Of a stretch of 64,000 nt of DNA, positions 9,168 to 20,295 are shown piece by piece. The position numbers and the translations under genes are program-made. A model generated the notes under the pieces. It was not told where the DNA came from and did no database searches. It saw nothing but the letters and a program-made list of their open reading frames with translations. The stretch is from a virus, in IMG/VR virus record IMGVR_UViG_3300028581_000028, positions 20,314-84,313 of that record, one strand, 5' to 3'. Positions within the stretch are counted from its first letter, which is position 1. Every line of letters begins with the position of its first letter.

Positions 9168-12100
9168 TTATTTTTTAGATTCCATTTTTTCACGAATCAA
9201 CTTAAACGTATTATAATAAGGTTCAACCGAATTTATGGTAAAATTGGTATAATCGCCACCGCTTAATTCTCCGATTATGTTTTTACCTTCTTTTATTTTA
9301 ACCGTATAATTATTAAACGAACTCATCGTATATTCTCTTTCTCCATTACGAGATGCCCTATCATCATCGGACATATAATCACGAATATACTCATTCTTTG
9401 TGCTGGTCTTTAATTTGCGATATATTTGAGTAAACACCCATAATCTGCGTAACCTCTCGCCCAGCCTTTTATCATCGGTCATTGCCTCTCGATCTGTAGC
9501 AAATACAGTACTCCGTTTAGCTTGTTTGTAAACGGAATCCCGATTATCTATGCCAAATTGCTTTAACAAATCGGCTATACTTATTTTACTGGCTTTTTTA
9601 ATCAGCTTTTCGATATGTTCGGGGCTATCTTTTGTTGGCTTTGGCTTATCGCTGGGAGTTGCTTTTTTGCGAACAACCTCAGTTGGAGGAAGCCCGTTTT
9701 TAGCCCGTAATTTATTGACCGCCCTACGAACATCCTCGTAGTATTCTTTAGATACAAATTTATTACCCTCTCTGCCAGTAGCCAAAACAACCTCTAATTC
9801 AGCAATTCTGGTTAATGCCTTTTCCTTATTTTTATCTGTAGAAGCACCGCTTGTTTCTGGTTTTGTTTCGGCTGGTTTATCCGTACCCTTTACTCCTTTT
9901 TTAAGAATTGGCACTTCGGTTTTTAAGGCTATTTTATGTGCCTCTTCATAGCTCATATTTTCGTAAACCATTAACTCGAACTCAGTAAGCTCGTGCTTAA
10001 TAGTAGCCTCTCTGCCAACCGCATCCAAGTCTTGATCGATCCAAATTTCGTTTTTGGGAATAAATTCGTAATCGCTTGATACAAAATGGTGACCGCCCAT
10101 CGTAAAGTCTGGGTAGTGTTTTAAATTAACATAGTTTCTGTTTACAGAATAAATGTAAACCTTTTTATTTCTGATTGGAACTACTTTAATAAGTACGGTA
10201 TTTAGTCCATCTTCGGGCTTTGGGGTTTTCGTTTTTAAAACCTCAACAAACCATTTATTTTTATCGGGAATATATTCAAACCCTACTTGTTCGGCTAATT
10301 CTTTTAAATTACTGTAAGTTTTTCCACCGTAAGTAAATCCGCCATCGGCTTGTGTAACAACCCCATAATATTCTTTTAAATAATTACGCAATTGGTTGGC
10401 GGTATACCATTTGCCTTCCGCATTTTCTTCTGGTTCGCCATCCTTTTCGCTTTGGGCTGATGCCTCGCTGGGCTTTTGCTCTGGCTTTTTAGTTGGCTTT
10501 TCTGGAGTTGGAGGAACTGCATCTGTAAGGTCGTTCAGTTTTTTAACAAATATCAGCATATTTAAAAACTGGGTGTCCTCCTCCTTGTTTTCTTTAGGGA
10601 AGAATATTTTATCAAGTGCAGTATTTACGATCTCGATGTTTTTATCCATCAATTTACGGTCTACAGTTATATCATAGTTTAAATCTTCTGAGAATTTTTG
10701 TTTTACTAAATAGCATAAAAATAATTTACAAAAGACTTCTTCGACTCCGCCAAGTTCCTTAATTGTATTTGGATCGATTCCTACCGCAATGGCATCGTTT
10801 ATGGCTGGTCTTCCAATAAGGTCTGCTATAATATGCCCAAGCTCGTGCAATAACGGTTCTGGTGTTGTAGATTCGAATAAGTGAATTGTGTACTTGCCAT
10901 CTTCCGCCAACTCGATTGCACCATCTGGCTTATTGGTAGGGATGCCATCAAGCTCAAAATCATCAAAAATAACTGATACTTTATCGTCATCGATTGACTC
11001 GGATGTCATTGGCAATAAGTACCCAGCAAGTTCAACTTCCGACTTTGAGCTTTTTTGAACCTCCCTTGATTCTACCTCGCCAAGAAGTGCCTCGTATGTA
11101 TTAAAAAATATATTTGATACTTGTTGCTCCGTATAGCCTTGTCCCAGCATCCTATTGGCAATAACTCCAGCGTCCCTCATATATCCAAAAACCGTATCCA
11201 TTTGTTTTAACATAACATCACCGAAGTACTTGTTAAGGCTATCGAGTTTTGCATTATCCAGCTTTTTTAACACCACCATCATATTAGCGTTCAAGTGCAA
11301 CTCCATTAAGCCATCAACGACCATTTTAGTATTTTCGTAATATGCTTTATCGTTATCGGGCTTGTACATTAACTCAACCGCCATTTGTCCGAACTTGGCA
11401 AAACAGTCTTCCAGTATTACATTGTATTTTTCAGCACTATAAAGCCCTCCGCTTTTAGCATTTCTGGTATATATGTCTATGATATTTTTTAAAACGTAGA
11501 AGTATTTTTTAATATTCTCGCCACCGATTGCTTGGATCATTTTTGCGAGAAATTGATTGCCACCAGTACCAAATCCCTCAATGCGTTGGATTGCGTGTTG
11601 TACCTCGTGAAGTAATACCGTTTTTAAATCATATAATTTGGGATTGCCAAATATCATTATATAATTTAACTCTGGGTTGTAATAAAACGAGTACATCTTG
11701 CTATCTGTAGTCGCAAAAAATATTGGCAAATTAAATAATTTGGGATAATGCTTGTAAAGTGTTGGGTGTTGAAGAATATCGCTTAAATATGTATCCCAGC
11801 CCAATTTTAAATACTCCTCCATTAGCTTTGTAGCCAATTTCCCAGCGTCTTTTGTGGGTACTAATTTTAGTATATTATAAATTTTCGTTGGGTTGTCATT
11901 AACATCAAATCGGCTTCCGTGTTTAAAATAAACATTTGGGGTGTCGTAACTTGGAATAGTCATATCTGCATCCAAAATCGGCTTCCGCCATTTATAATCA
12001 AAGCGATTAAAGTACCAGCCAGTCTTTGCATAAATATCGCTGATAGATAACTTATTTCTATACATATCCTTTGCCTCTTGTAGTTGGGAATCGGCTGATA

Positions 12101-12755
12101 ATAACGCTGATTTTTCGCCAACGTAAAAGTATCTTAACTTATTAATGGAATCGGGGATAAGCCCTCCATCTGGATTCCTTACCGCCATTAATATTTTACT
12201 TACACACTCGCCATAAAACGATTTTCCAGTTTTTGTTTTGTGAAAATGGTCAAGGTTATCGGCAATTGCAATAACTGGAGTCATTACATATTCGGGGATA
12301 TAAAGAAAGCGGTTTAACGCATCTATGTAGTTATCCCGACTATAAATATTGAATATATTATTGAATGTAGTTTCTTGAAGTTTGCGGTTTATGTTTTGTA
12401 AGTCGGTTTTTTTAGCCTCCAAAAAAAATTCGATCAGTTTCTTTTTATGTGCCTCACTTGTTTTGCCATAATAGTAATCCAGTAACCGATAAAACAATGT
12501 GTTTTGAGTGTCAAATGTCGATTGAAAATAGCCTAATGAATAATAAACCCCGTCTTTGTTATAAGGGTTGTTTTTATAAATACTCATCAATATTCTTGGT
12601 ACGATTGCGATGTTTTTAATATCGGTAATTCTGCTTGTTGTATCATCGTACCAGTAAAAAAATGAAATATAATTGCCTTCTTCCAAATTCTTAAATTCGG
12701 CTGGTAAAAACGCACCTATTTCTGTATTTAAAAGGTCTTGTATGGTGATTTTCAT
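9168..12755 (-). CDS. Large polyvalent protein (LPD23-like plus zincin HExxH domains)
   Basis: AKDM..DIYAKTGWY..DYKWR (LPD23-like); LLHEVQHAIQRIEGFGTGG; LLHELGH; IKHELTE..YEEAH. Confidence 0.7.
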   Translation of the reverse strand: MKITIQDLLNTEIGAFLPAEFKNLEEGNYISFFYWYDDTTSRITDIKNIAIVPRILMSIYKNNPYNKDGVYYSLGYFQSTFDTQNTLFYRLLDYYYGKTSEAHKKKLIEFFLEAKKTDLQNINRKLQETTFNNIFNIYSRDNYIDALNRFLYIPEYVMTPVIAIADNLDHFHKTKTGKSFYGECVSKILMAVRNPDGGLIPDSINKLRYFYVGEKSALLSADSQLQEAKDMYRNKLSISDIYAKTGWYFNRFDYKWRKPILDADMTIPSYDTPNVYFKHGSRFDVNDNPTKIYNILKLVPTKDAGKLATKLMEEYLKLGWDTYLSDILQHPTLYKHYPKLFNLPIFFATTDSKMYSFYYNPELNYIMIFGNPKLYDLKTVLLHEVQHAIQRIEGFGTGGNQFLAKMIQAIGGENIKKYFYVLKNIIDIYTRNAKSGGLYSAEKYNVILEDCFAKFGQMAVELMYKPDNDKAYYENTKMVVDGLMELHLNANMMVVLKKLDNAKLDSLNKYFGDVMLKQMDTVFGYMRDAGVIANRMLGQGYTEQQVSNIFFNTYEALLGEVESREVQKSSKSEVELAGYLLPMTSESIDDDKVSVIFDDFELDGIPTNKPDGAIELAEDGKYTIHLFESTTPEPLLHELGHIIADLIGRPAINDAIAVGIDPNTIKELGGVEEVFCKLFLCYLVKQKFSEDLNYDITVDRKLMDKNIEIVNTALDKIFFPKENKEEDTQFLNMLIFVKKLNDLTDAVPPTPEKPTKKPEQKPSEASAQSEKDGEPEENAEGKWYTANQLRNYLKEYYGVVTQADGGFTYGGKTYSNLKELAEQVGFEYIPDKNKWFVEVLKTKTPKPEDGLNTVLIKVVPIRNKKVYIYSVNRNYVNLKHYPDFTMGGHHFVSSDYEFIPKNEIWIDQDLDAVGREATIKHELTEFELMVYENMSYEEAHKIALKTEVPILKKGVKGTDKPAETKPETSGASTDKNKEKALTRIAELEVVLATGREGNKFVSKEYYEDVRRAVNKLRAKNGLPPTEVVRKKATPSDKPKPTKDSPEHIEKLIKKASKISIADLLKQFGIDNRDSVYKQAKRSTVFATDREAMTDDKRLGERLRRLWVFTQIYRKLKTSTKNEYIRDYMSDDDRASRNGEREYTMSSFNNYTVKIKEGKNIIGELSGGDYTNFTINSVEPYYNTFKLIREKMESKK

Positions 12756-12756
12756 A

Positions 12757-13080
12757 TTATACTATACTTGCCAATATTTGTAAATCGTTAAAAAACCCAA
12801 CGTAGCACCCTTGCTTTGATTCAAAGTCTGGGGATAATTCACCAGTATTTACATCAAAAGCATAAAGTCCGTATCGTTTATCCGATATTGAATAATTATG
12901 ATAAGTCAATACTTGTGATACAACAAAAACATAATTTTTTATCTTATCGTTCACCCCTAATTCGTAATTACTTTCGACCTTATACGTTCCCTTCTCTGGA
13001 AGAGGTTTCAAGGATTCTTGTAAGTTTTTATCAAGGATATAATCGATAATTTTGTCCCTTATTTCTTTTTTAATTTCCAT
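12757..13080 (-). CDS. Hypothetical protein
   Basis: ORF in operon. Confidence 0.55.
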   Translation of the reverse strand: MEIKKEIRDKIIDYILDKNLQESLKPLPEKGTYKVESNYELGVNDKIKNYVFVVSQVLTYHNYSISDKRYGLYAFDVNTGELSPDFESKQGCYVGFFNDLQILASIV

Positions 13081-13086
13081 ATTTTT

Positions 13087-14343
13087 TTATCTGTATTTGG
13101 AACAATCAATATCTTGTCTTTTTGGTTCTTCGCTTGGATCGGGAGGTAAAAACTCGTAGCCCATTTTAGCCAAGATCTCTTTATTTTTAGTTTCGGCATT
13201 ACAGATGATCCTTTTGAGTTCGTTTTTAGAGTCCTCAATAGATTTGATCTCCGCACCTCCTAAGAAATAATAAAGCGTATCTTTTTCTGTTTCAAGATTC
13301 CCTTTTTTCTGCTCTCGATATAATGTTTTTTCAAAAGTCTGTTTACTTGGCATACTTCCTAAACTGGTATCATACTCATCATCGAATAAGTATTGTTGTG
13401 CCATATAGTAACTAAATTGCCTTATTCTGAAAAAACTCGGATCGGCTAAAACGTAAAGCAGACTCAAACTATCCATTGTTTCTGTATAGTCTTTTACGTC
13501 CATAATATTAAAACGATGTCCGTATTGGCGACTGCCATCGAATTTTAAATTAGAGTTGCTTAATCCAATACAAGCAGTTAAGCGTACCGAATACCCTACC
13601 GACTCCAAAAAGTTAGCACATATTACTGCAGTAACCCCAGCCCAATAGGTTTTTTCTCCCCAGTTTTGCCCGACTAAAATAAATAGCCTTACTGCCCGAT
13701 TCGGTCTTGGAAGTTTTTCTTTAAACAAAAACGACTTTTTATTGCTACTGTTAAACTGTTTAACCCCATCCTCTTCCAGTATGGTTAAGACCGCCTCACT
13801 GCCATCAAGATTTAACTTAAATAACAACTGCCCTTCTTTATTTGTCTTTTGTTTTTTATCAGCATCAAATACCTCAACACCCTCACCCAGACCAAAATAT
13901 CTATCGTGTTTTTTACTATACAATGCTGGAGTTTCATCCACTTGCATCATTGCACGTTCAAAACTAAACACTCCGATCTCTTTATCCGTTGGCTTAATAA
14001 CTTCCTTTGGGATAATACCTTGCGATACCTTTTCCAGCATATTTAAGTAAGGAGATAATTCTAAATAAGCCATATTGTACAAAGGCATATTCATAAAATA
14101 TTTCCTTGCCATTGCTTCTTCGTAGTCTGTTGGCAAAGGCTCTCCGTATGCTATAATATTGGAAGCGGTAGCACCAGCCCTTAAACTGTTATTAACAGAA
14201 TTAGGACGACTTTTGATATACGATCCATAACTGGAACGCTGGGTGTCGGCTTTTGCTTTTTCGCAAATCTTATCCCAGTAGTTACAGTAATCGTGTACTC
14301 CCTTAAATTTGATTATCGTTCCTTTTACACTATAGGATGCCAT
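13087..14343 (-). CDS. VWA-like partner of AAA+ ATPase
   Basis: Adjacent to the AAA+ gene; FLESVGYSVRL..VKDY..LADPSFFR pattern of degenerate VWA proteins; no clear MIDAS motif. Confidence 0.5.
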   Translation of the reverse strand: MASYSVKGTIIKFKGVHDYCNYWDKICEKAKADTQRSSYGSYIKSRPNSVNNSLRAGATASNIIAYGEPLPTDYEEAMARKYFMNMPLYNMAYLELSPYLNMLEKVSQGIIPKEVIKPTDKEIGVFSFERAMMQVDETPALYSKKHDRYFGLGEGVEVFDADKKQKTNKEGQLLFKLNLDGSEAVLTILEEDGVKQFNSSNKKSFLFKEKLPRPNRAVRLFILVGQNWGEKTYWAGVTAVICANFLESVGYSVRLTACIGLSNSNLKFDGSRQYGHRFNIMDVKDYTETMDSLSLLYVLADPSFFRIRQFSYYMAQQYLFDDEYDTSLGSMPSKQTFEKTLYREQKKGNLETEKDTLYYFLGGAEIKSIEDSKNELKRIICNAETKNKEILAKMGYEFLPPDPSEEPKRQDIDCSKYR

Positions 14344-14374
14344 TTTTTCGAGTATTTATTTTGTAAACCGTAGC

Positions 14375-15679
14375 TTACGATTGAGCTTCTGCTTTAGTTT
14401 CTTTTTTCACTTTAACACCCTTGTAGTCGATTCCTCTAAGCCTTACAATATCGGCATTAAATTGCGACACGGATGTTTTTTCAGCCTCGCCCAATATAGT
14501 AGCTAAATTAACCATATTATCGCCCTCAAGCGATTTAAACTGGGCTGTATTTTTAAGGTTTGTAGCTCGATCTTTTGCTAAATCATCAACAAAAGACATA
14601 ATGCTATCTTTTAATGTTTTACCACCAACAAAGCCTTGTCTTGGATCGGGATCAGTTCCTACTGGAGCAAAAGCCAATGGGCTTCTTAGTTTACGAAGCA
14701 TTTGCATTTCGTAAACACGGTTAAAGTTTAACATTGATCGGATAGTGATTGCCTCAACGCTATCTTCCGTTTTCTGTAAAAAGTCTCTCAACCCTTGACT
14801 GATGTTATAAACTGCCTTGTATGTAAGCGAGTATTCGAGTACTCTATCTTCCTTAATTTCGTAAAAGCTTCCAACAAAACGGTCAACCAGCGAGTAGTCT
14901 TGTCTGTTATTTCCAGAGAAGTTACCGCTTGTTGTTTTCATATTGGTATTCCCAGCACCTATAACCATAAAGTCTGGATGTTTTGGGATCGCCTCACCTC
15001 TTCCAGAGGTTAAAATAGCACCCTCATCTGCCGACATTGATAAGGCATCGTTTAAAAGACCAGCAGTATTTGGATCAAGTTTTGGCAATTCATCGATAAT
15101 AAATACTGCACCGTATTTCCACGCCAACTCCATCTGCCCCTCTGTATAACCTCGTATGCTAAAACCACCAACGATTTGCATCGGAGATGTCCATTGGCTA
15201 CAGTTCAAAATATAGTACGGAGGAATTGGCTGGTTTGGATTTGGCGATTTGGAATCGGTTTTTTTATTGGCTTGATATGATCTATTACAATCCTTTGGAT
15301 CGCCCAGTAAATATTTTGCGACATTTTTTGCCATTACTGTTTTACCAGTTCCAGCCTTGCCCCAGAGGTAAACATTATTTTTAAGTAGCAAGTCATCGCA
15401 TATTTGCTTAAACACTCCTTGATTAGTGTTTATTTTACTATCGCAACTGCCTTGTTCCCCTTGTTTCATTGGGTTTTTTGGGATATTGGAACTTTGCGTT
15501 GTCCCAGTTGCAGAAGTCTCTCCTTTTGCCATAATTAAAGTTTTAAGATTTGTATCTAAATTTTCATATTTTACTTCTTTGTTGGCTAATTCTTTTTGAA
15601 TAGCCTTGCTGATTAATTCTTGTTGAGTGATGTGTTCACTTTTCAACTCATCCAACAATTCTTTTACTGCGTCTGCCAT
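14375..15679 (-). CDS. MoxR/CbbQ/CobS-like AAA+ ATPase
   Basis: Walker A GKAGTGKT, Walker B FIIDE, LLNDAL, HPDFMVIGAGNT, DYSLVDRF. Confidence 0.9.
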   Translation of the reverse strand: MADAVKELLDELKSEHITQQELISKAIQKELANKEVKYENLDTNLKTLIMAKGETSATGTTQSSNIPKNPMKQGEQGSCDSKINTNQGVFKQICDDLLLKNNVYLWGKAGTGKTVMAKNVAKYLLGDPKDCNRSYQANKKTDSKSPNPNQPIPPYYILNCSQWTSPMQIVGGFSIRGYTEGQMELAWKYGAVFIIDELPKLDPNTAGLLNDALSMSADEGAILTSGRGEAIPKHPDFMVIGAGNTNMKTTSGNFSGNNRQDYSLVDRFVGSFYEIKEDRVLEYSLTYKAVYNISQGLRDFLQKTEDSVEAITIRSMLNFNRVYEMQMLRKLRSPLAFAPVGTDPDPRQGFVGGKTLKDSIMSFVDDLAKDRATNLKNTAQFKSLEGDNMVNLATILGEAEKTSVSQFNADIVRLRGIDYKGVKVKKETKAEAQS

Positions 15680-15689
15680 ATTACTGTTT

Positions 15690-18600
15690 TTATAATGATT
15701 TTAATTTAATTATAAAGTCTTGTGCGGTGTCCCAATTTAAAGGAATTTTCACTTTTTCCCGTTCCTCTTTGCTGGATGTTTTTACTTGCTTATCATCGCC
15801 ATTATCATCGCCATCTTCATCGCTTGGTTTAGAGGCTTTATCAATGTTTTCGGCAATAACTTGACCAGCATAATAGGAGTCAACCAGTCCGATTGCATAA
15901 CTTGGCGACACCCCAATGGTTTCTTGGGCTAAAGATTCGATGCCAATATAATCATCACCCAGCTCTTTAACCTTATTTATAAAATCAATTTTAACCGCTT
16001 CGTCCCCAATAGTATTAAGGATGTTTACTACCGCTTTCCTTTCGGTAATATTTGCTGGTACTAAATTAAATAAGCTACATTGTATAACAGATAAAGCGAA
16101 CCTTAACGATATCATCCCATATTCGTTTTCTGGCACTTCTCTAAAGCTGTTATCGATATAATCTGGGGGAGTATTTTCTCCAAATGGTAATAATGGGTAG
16201 TAGTCGTAAATTCCCTCTTCTGATTTTTGTTCATCCTTAAACTCGTACATATCCCTACCCTTGTAGATAATATAGTCGTTATCGCCATCTTTTGATTTAA
16301 TTTCCATTAACACCTTAAACTCAGCATTAAAATAGTTTAGCAAAGACTTAAGTTGTTGTGTTGATGTGGAATCTATATTAAAGGTCAAAAATTTCATTTT
16401 AAAGAAATATTTTGGCGATCCAGCAGATAACATATCAACGGTGCGGTAAATTAACTTACCCTTTTTACCGATTATATTTTCAATTGCCTCAGATATTTCG
16501 GTTGTGAGATAATCAGACAAGTATAATTTATTGGGCTTTTTTAATTCTTTGTCTTTTCCTACTGTATAAATCCCAGTACAGAGGTTAAAACTTATTGCAC
16601 CATTTTCATCTCTTAAAAAGCCTTCGTTTTTAGATGGCAACCATATCCATTTTAGTTTTTCAATCGCCATTAACTGCTCTATAAATCTTTCGCTGTTTAT
16701 AGCCCCGAAAACTGGAGTAAATCCATCGGACACCTCAATATATTTACCCATCCATAACTTGATCCCAGTTTCAACCGTACCAGCAATGGTCGAGTATTTA
16801 ATTAGCCTCTTTTTACGTTTATAATTTGCGTTACCGCTAAACATATCTCCAGTAACCTCAAATGCTTTAAATAGCTCCCCAGTAAGTACTCGCATCCTAT
16901 CTCTTTCGTCTGACTTCTGGATTTCCCAAGCCTTTGCCATTGCATCTTCCTTCTGCGATATGCTTCCGCCCATTATCCAGTCGATAATATTTTGGTACTG
17001 GGAAGTTAGAGTCATTTTTAAATGAGGTCGTATTTTAGACAAGGATGCGATTTCAATCTCAAGGTTCATTGGCGAAAACTTGTTATCACTTTTACTTAGC
17101 GATTTAATACCAACAACAACTCCAACCCCGTACTGAATACTTTTTCGTTTAGTGTCCGACTCCCAAGCCCCATCCTCAAGAATATCAATATCAAAAGGCA
17201 CTTGTACTGGTCTGTTTGGGTAGAACCAGATCAGCGTATTTTTTATTTTCGCAAATTTCAATGTTGCTTTACTTACCGCATCGGCAATTAATTGGCGATG
17301 ATTGGCGATAATCTCTTGTTTTTCATCATCTGATTCTGCGTTGGATGTATCAGCCTCTCCAAAAGATTTGGCTATACTAATCAACCTTTCGTCAACGTAT
17401 TTGCCAAAATCGTAAATTAAATTATTATGATTTGCCCTATGATCTTTCGATCCAGCGATCAAATCTTTTGCGTCACTAAGCTCCTCTTTACTGTATGGTT
17501 TGCCTTTAGGGGTTACCCATTTATCCTCAATAAATACAGACTTAGTAAATTGATTTTCGTTATTGCCTCTGAATAAAACTTTTTTGTTTCTGGTCGATGC
17601 GTTAATATCTTCCATCGATGTTTCCAAATCCCAATCATCCGCCTCAATAAAGCGTTTTTTAAGTTTTACATAATAAGCGTTCATCCTATCGTAAAAACTC
17701 TCTTGATTGGCTATTTTCTTTGTTTCATCTTTTTCGTTAAGATCTCCGCAAGGCAATTTCTCCAGTTCACGCAAGTAATTTTCAAACTTTTTATCTTTAC
17801 TTCCGCCCTTTTCATACCAGTCGTTATTTTCATCCAGTATAGCTTTATAGCCCTCGTTACCAGCTTCCTCTAAAAACTCGATTAATGCTATGTAACCGTA
17901 TTTATTTGCCATATCCTCAATCTCGTTGCCCTCAATATCGAGTATTTGAGATGCCTTCTCGGATTGTCTTACGTTCCCAGTAGTATTTGCGTCCAATGAC
18001 CGCAGTTTTCTACGCAACATCATCAGCTTTCTAATCTCGCTTGGGATCGTTGATACAACGTACATATAGGATGGGTTGTTTACTTGACCAGTTCTATTGA
18101 TCCTACCCCATTTTTGCACTTCGGTAGCTACATCAAGCTCAACTTGATGAATTACCATTACTCTTGGTCTTTTATCGATATAATCAAGCTTCGAGTGAAG
18201 TGATATCCCAGTACTTCCAGCAGTATTTAAAATAATAACATCGGATTTTCCAGCGTTAAACCTTGCGGTTTTATCTGTAGCCGATTCCTTTTTAATCGAA
18301 ACTATCTCAAAACGTCCATCTGGATCGGGTATTGTTTTATTACCATCAGCATCAACGAGCTTTAATGGGATTATCGCCATACTTCGTTTTGTCACCTCCT
18401 CAACGATAAACTTCTTTTCTTTGGTGTATTTATCGTCCCAGCTTTCACGGTAGGCATTTTCTATTTTTTGCACCATCGCATCAAGCGGTGATAACGGTAA
18501 ACCAGATGTTGCCCTTTTCATTTGTGCTACCTTTTCGGCATACAAAACTCCGTTATCAGCGTAGTCTTCATCTTTAATGATTGCCCGTGCTATAACGATC

Positions 18601-20294
18601 TCTTTTCGTGCAGTGTTTACTGGCTTAAATGTAAGTTTACCGCCATTTAAACTCTCAATAATATTGATAAGTGTTTTTGCGTAGTCGTTATCTTGTTTTG
18701 ATATAATATCCCCGATTTTATATCCCAGAGTTTTAAGCCCAGCCTCTGCAGTATTTCTTACCGCAACTACTGGCTTGTAGTTTGTGTGCATCTGGTACTT
18801 GCGATTCCCCTCTTGGCAATCGATCATTATCGGGTTGCCCTTTTCGTCTTCACGCTTTCTCATAACATCAATAACAGTATCGGCAACAAACTCCGTTTTG
18901 ATCGCAAACAATAAGTTTTCAATCCATTGGAATCTGTTTTTAAGGATGTTGGTCGTGTTAAACGTGAAAGTATAGTTGTTTTTATTTCTTTCGTACCATT
19001 TTGCCTTTTGATCCTCTTTGGTTGGCTTTGTATCCCATTTTTTTACAAGCTCTACCTTGTGTTCTAAGCAATATCTTTCTAAGGCATTGCTTACCGCTTT
19101 TTTGTATAGTTTGCTATTGGCAAAGCTATCGATTACGTTATACAATGCCATAATATCATCGTACATCGCAAAGTCTTTTGGCTTATCGGATAAAGGCATA
19201 TAACGATAATCGACCTTTAACGTAGATAAATCCCTTCCTCTTCTGATCATCTGCCCAGATTTAACAAGCAAGGATGCGATATATTCTTGTATAGCCTCAC
19301 CATTTTCGGCAACCGCATCAGTAATTGTTTGAGGTCTGATTTTACTATCTGCGATATCGGTCTTTGGGATATATAACATCATTGATTTCGGCACTTTCGC
19401 ATAAGTAGCCGATGCGAACATAACTCCGCTTGATAATGCTATAAGTTCAGATAAGTTAATGGCAATATTTCCATCCCCAGCACCTTTGTGACTTTCGTCC
19501 AGTACAAAAATACTGTTAGGGGCGAGTGCCTTTAACATTTCATATTTTGCAATTGCGTTGGTGTTTTTTGGGTTGTCAACGTCTTGCGATAACTGGCTAT
19601 AAGTAAGTAAAATGATATCGAAATCTTTTGGCATCTCGTTCTTTTTACAAAACTCAACCGTTTTTTTGGTGTCGAAAGGTTCAAATAAGGTTATTGTTTG
19701 CTCCCCTATTGTTTTTTGTACGATGCCATCATCGTTAAAAATAAACGGGTTTGGTAACTCGTTATCGCTTTCTGCTGGTGCGATTCCGCTAAAGCCTCCA
19801 ATATCCCAAAAGTCTCTATAAATATCAGAAAATAAATGCGATCCAATAGTCATAAATATTGGGTTTTTTTTGATATGGTACGCATATCTAAGGATTCCAG
19901 CGACCACTCTTCCCTTGCCAATTCCAGCCATATCACCTAAGATAAAGCCTTTTCCGTTCTCGATCTGGGTTATTGCCAGAGCTATTGCGTCCACTTGTTC
20001 AGATGAAAAGGCTTGGCACACCATAATACGTGAGTTATAGCCTAATTTAACCCTCACAAATTCTGCAGTATCAATACCGTTGCCTCTGAATTTATTTAAT
20101 GCTTCTACGGTCTCGTAGGATAATTTTGCTGGGATAACCGCACCAATTGGGATACAAGATGATGCCGATTGATAAGGCATATAGTTACGGTCTTCTTTTA
20201 CCGCCTTCAGAATATCTTTGGCTTGGTTTTGATCGCCTTCCATTATTTCTGTTCCCTCTTTAGAGGTTGTCATAGTTCCTTTAATGTCTGCCAT
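15690..20294 (-). CDS. Strawberry-notch family SF2 helicase-like protein
   Basis: GFILGDMAGIGKGR, VLDESH, FASAT, AGSTGISLH, QKWGRINRTGQ. Confidence 0.85.
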   Translation of the reverse strand: MADIKGTMTTSKEGTEIMEGDQNQAKDILKAVKEDRNYMPYQSASSCIPIGAVIPAKLSYETVEALNKFRGNGIDTAEFVRVKLGYNSRIMVCQAFSSEQVDAIALAITQIENGKGFILGDMAGIGKGRVVAGILRYAYHIKKNPIFMTIGSHLFSDIYRDFWDIGGFSGIAPAESDNELPNPFIFNDDGIVQKTIGEQTITLFEPFDTKKTVEFCKKNEMPKDFDIILLTYSQLSQDVDNPKNTNAIAKYEMLKALAPNSIFVLDESHKGAGDGNIAINLSELIALSSGVMFASATYAKVPKSMMLYIPKTDIADSKIRPQTITDAVAENGEAIQEYIASLLVKSGQMIRRGRDLSTLKVDYRYMPLSDKPKDFAMYDDIMALYNVIDSFANSKLYKKAVSNALERYCLEHKVELVKKWDTKPTKEDQKAKWYERNKNNYTFTFNTTNILKNRFQWIENLLFAIKTEFVADTVIDVMRKREDEKGNPIMIDCQEGNRKYQMHTNYKPVVAVRNTAEAGLKTLGYKIGDIISKQDNDYAKTLINIIESLNGGKLTFKPVNTARKEIVIARAIIKDEDYADNGVLYAEKVAQMKRATSGLPLSPLDAMVQKIENAYRESWDDKYTKEKKFIVEEVTKRSMAIIPLKLVDADGNKTIPDPDGRFEIVSIKKESATDKTARFNAGKSDVIILNTAGSTGISLHSKLDYIDKRPRVMVIHQVELDVATEVQKWGRINRTGQVNNPSYMYVVSTIPSEIRKLMMLRRKLRSLDANTTGNVRQSEKASQILDIEGNEIEDMANKYGYIALIEFLEEAGNEGYKAILDENNDWYEKGGSKDKKFENYLRELEKLPCGDLNEKDETKKIANQESFYDRMNAYYVKLKKRFIEADDWDLETSMEDINASTRNKKVLFRGNNENQFTKSVFIEDKWVTPKGKPYSKEELSDAKDLIAGSKDHRANHNNLIYDFGKYVDERLISIAKSFGEADTSNAESDDEKQEIIANHRQLIADAVSKATLKFAKIKNTLIWFYPNRPVQVPFDIDILEDGAWESDTKRKSIQYGVGVVVGIKSLSKSDNKFSPMNLEIEIASLSKIRPHLKMTLTSQYQNIIDWIMGGSISQKEDAMAKAWEIQKSDERDRMRVLTGELFKAFEVTGDMFSGNANYKRKKRLIKYSTIAGTVETGIKLWMGKYIEVSDGFTPVFGAINSERFIEQLMAIEKLKWIWLPSKNEGFLRDENGAISFNLCTGIYTVGKDKELKKPNKLYLSDYLTTEISEAIENIIGKKGKLIYRTVDMLSAGSPKYFFKMKFLTFNIDSTSTQQLKSLLNYFNAEFKVLMEIKSKDGDNDYIIYKGRDMYEFKDEQKSEEGIYDYYPLLPFGENTPPDYIDNSFREVPENEYGMISLRFALSVIQCSLFNLVPANITERKAVVNILNTIGDEAVKIDFINKVKELGDDYIGIESLAQETIGVSPSYAIGLVDSYYAGQVIAENIDKASKPSDEDGDDNGDDKQVKTSSKEEREKVKIPLNWDTAQDFIIKLKSL

Positions 20295-20295
20295 T

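Noticed and set aside
8493-9266. 257-aa plus-strand ORF and 181-aa alternative-frame minus ORF (8504..9049)
   Set aside because: Shadows of the stop-poor Gly/Glu repeat in 7149..9158.
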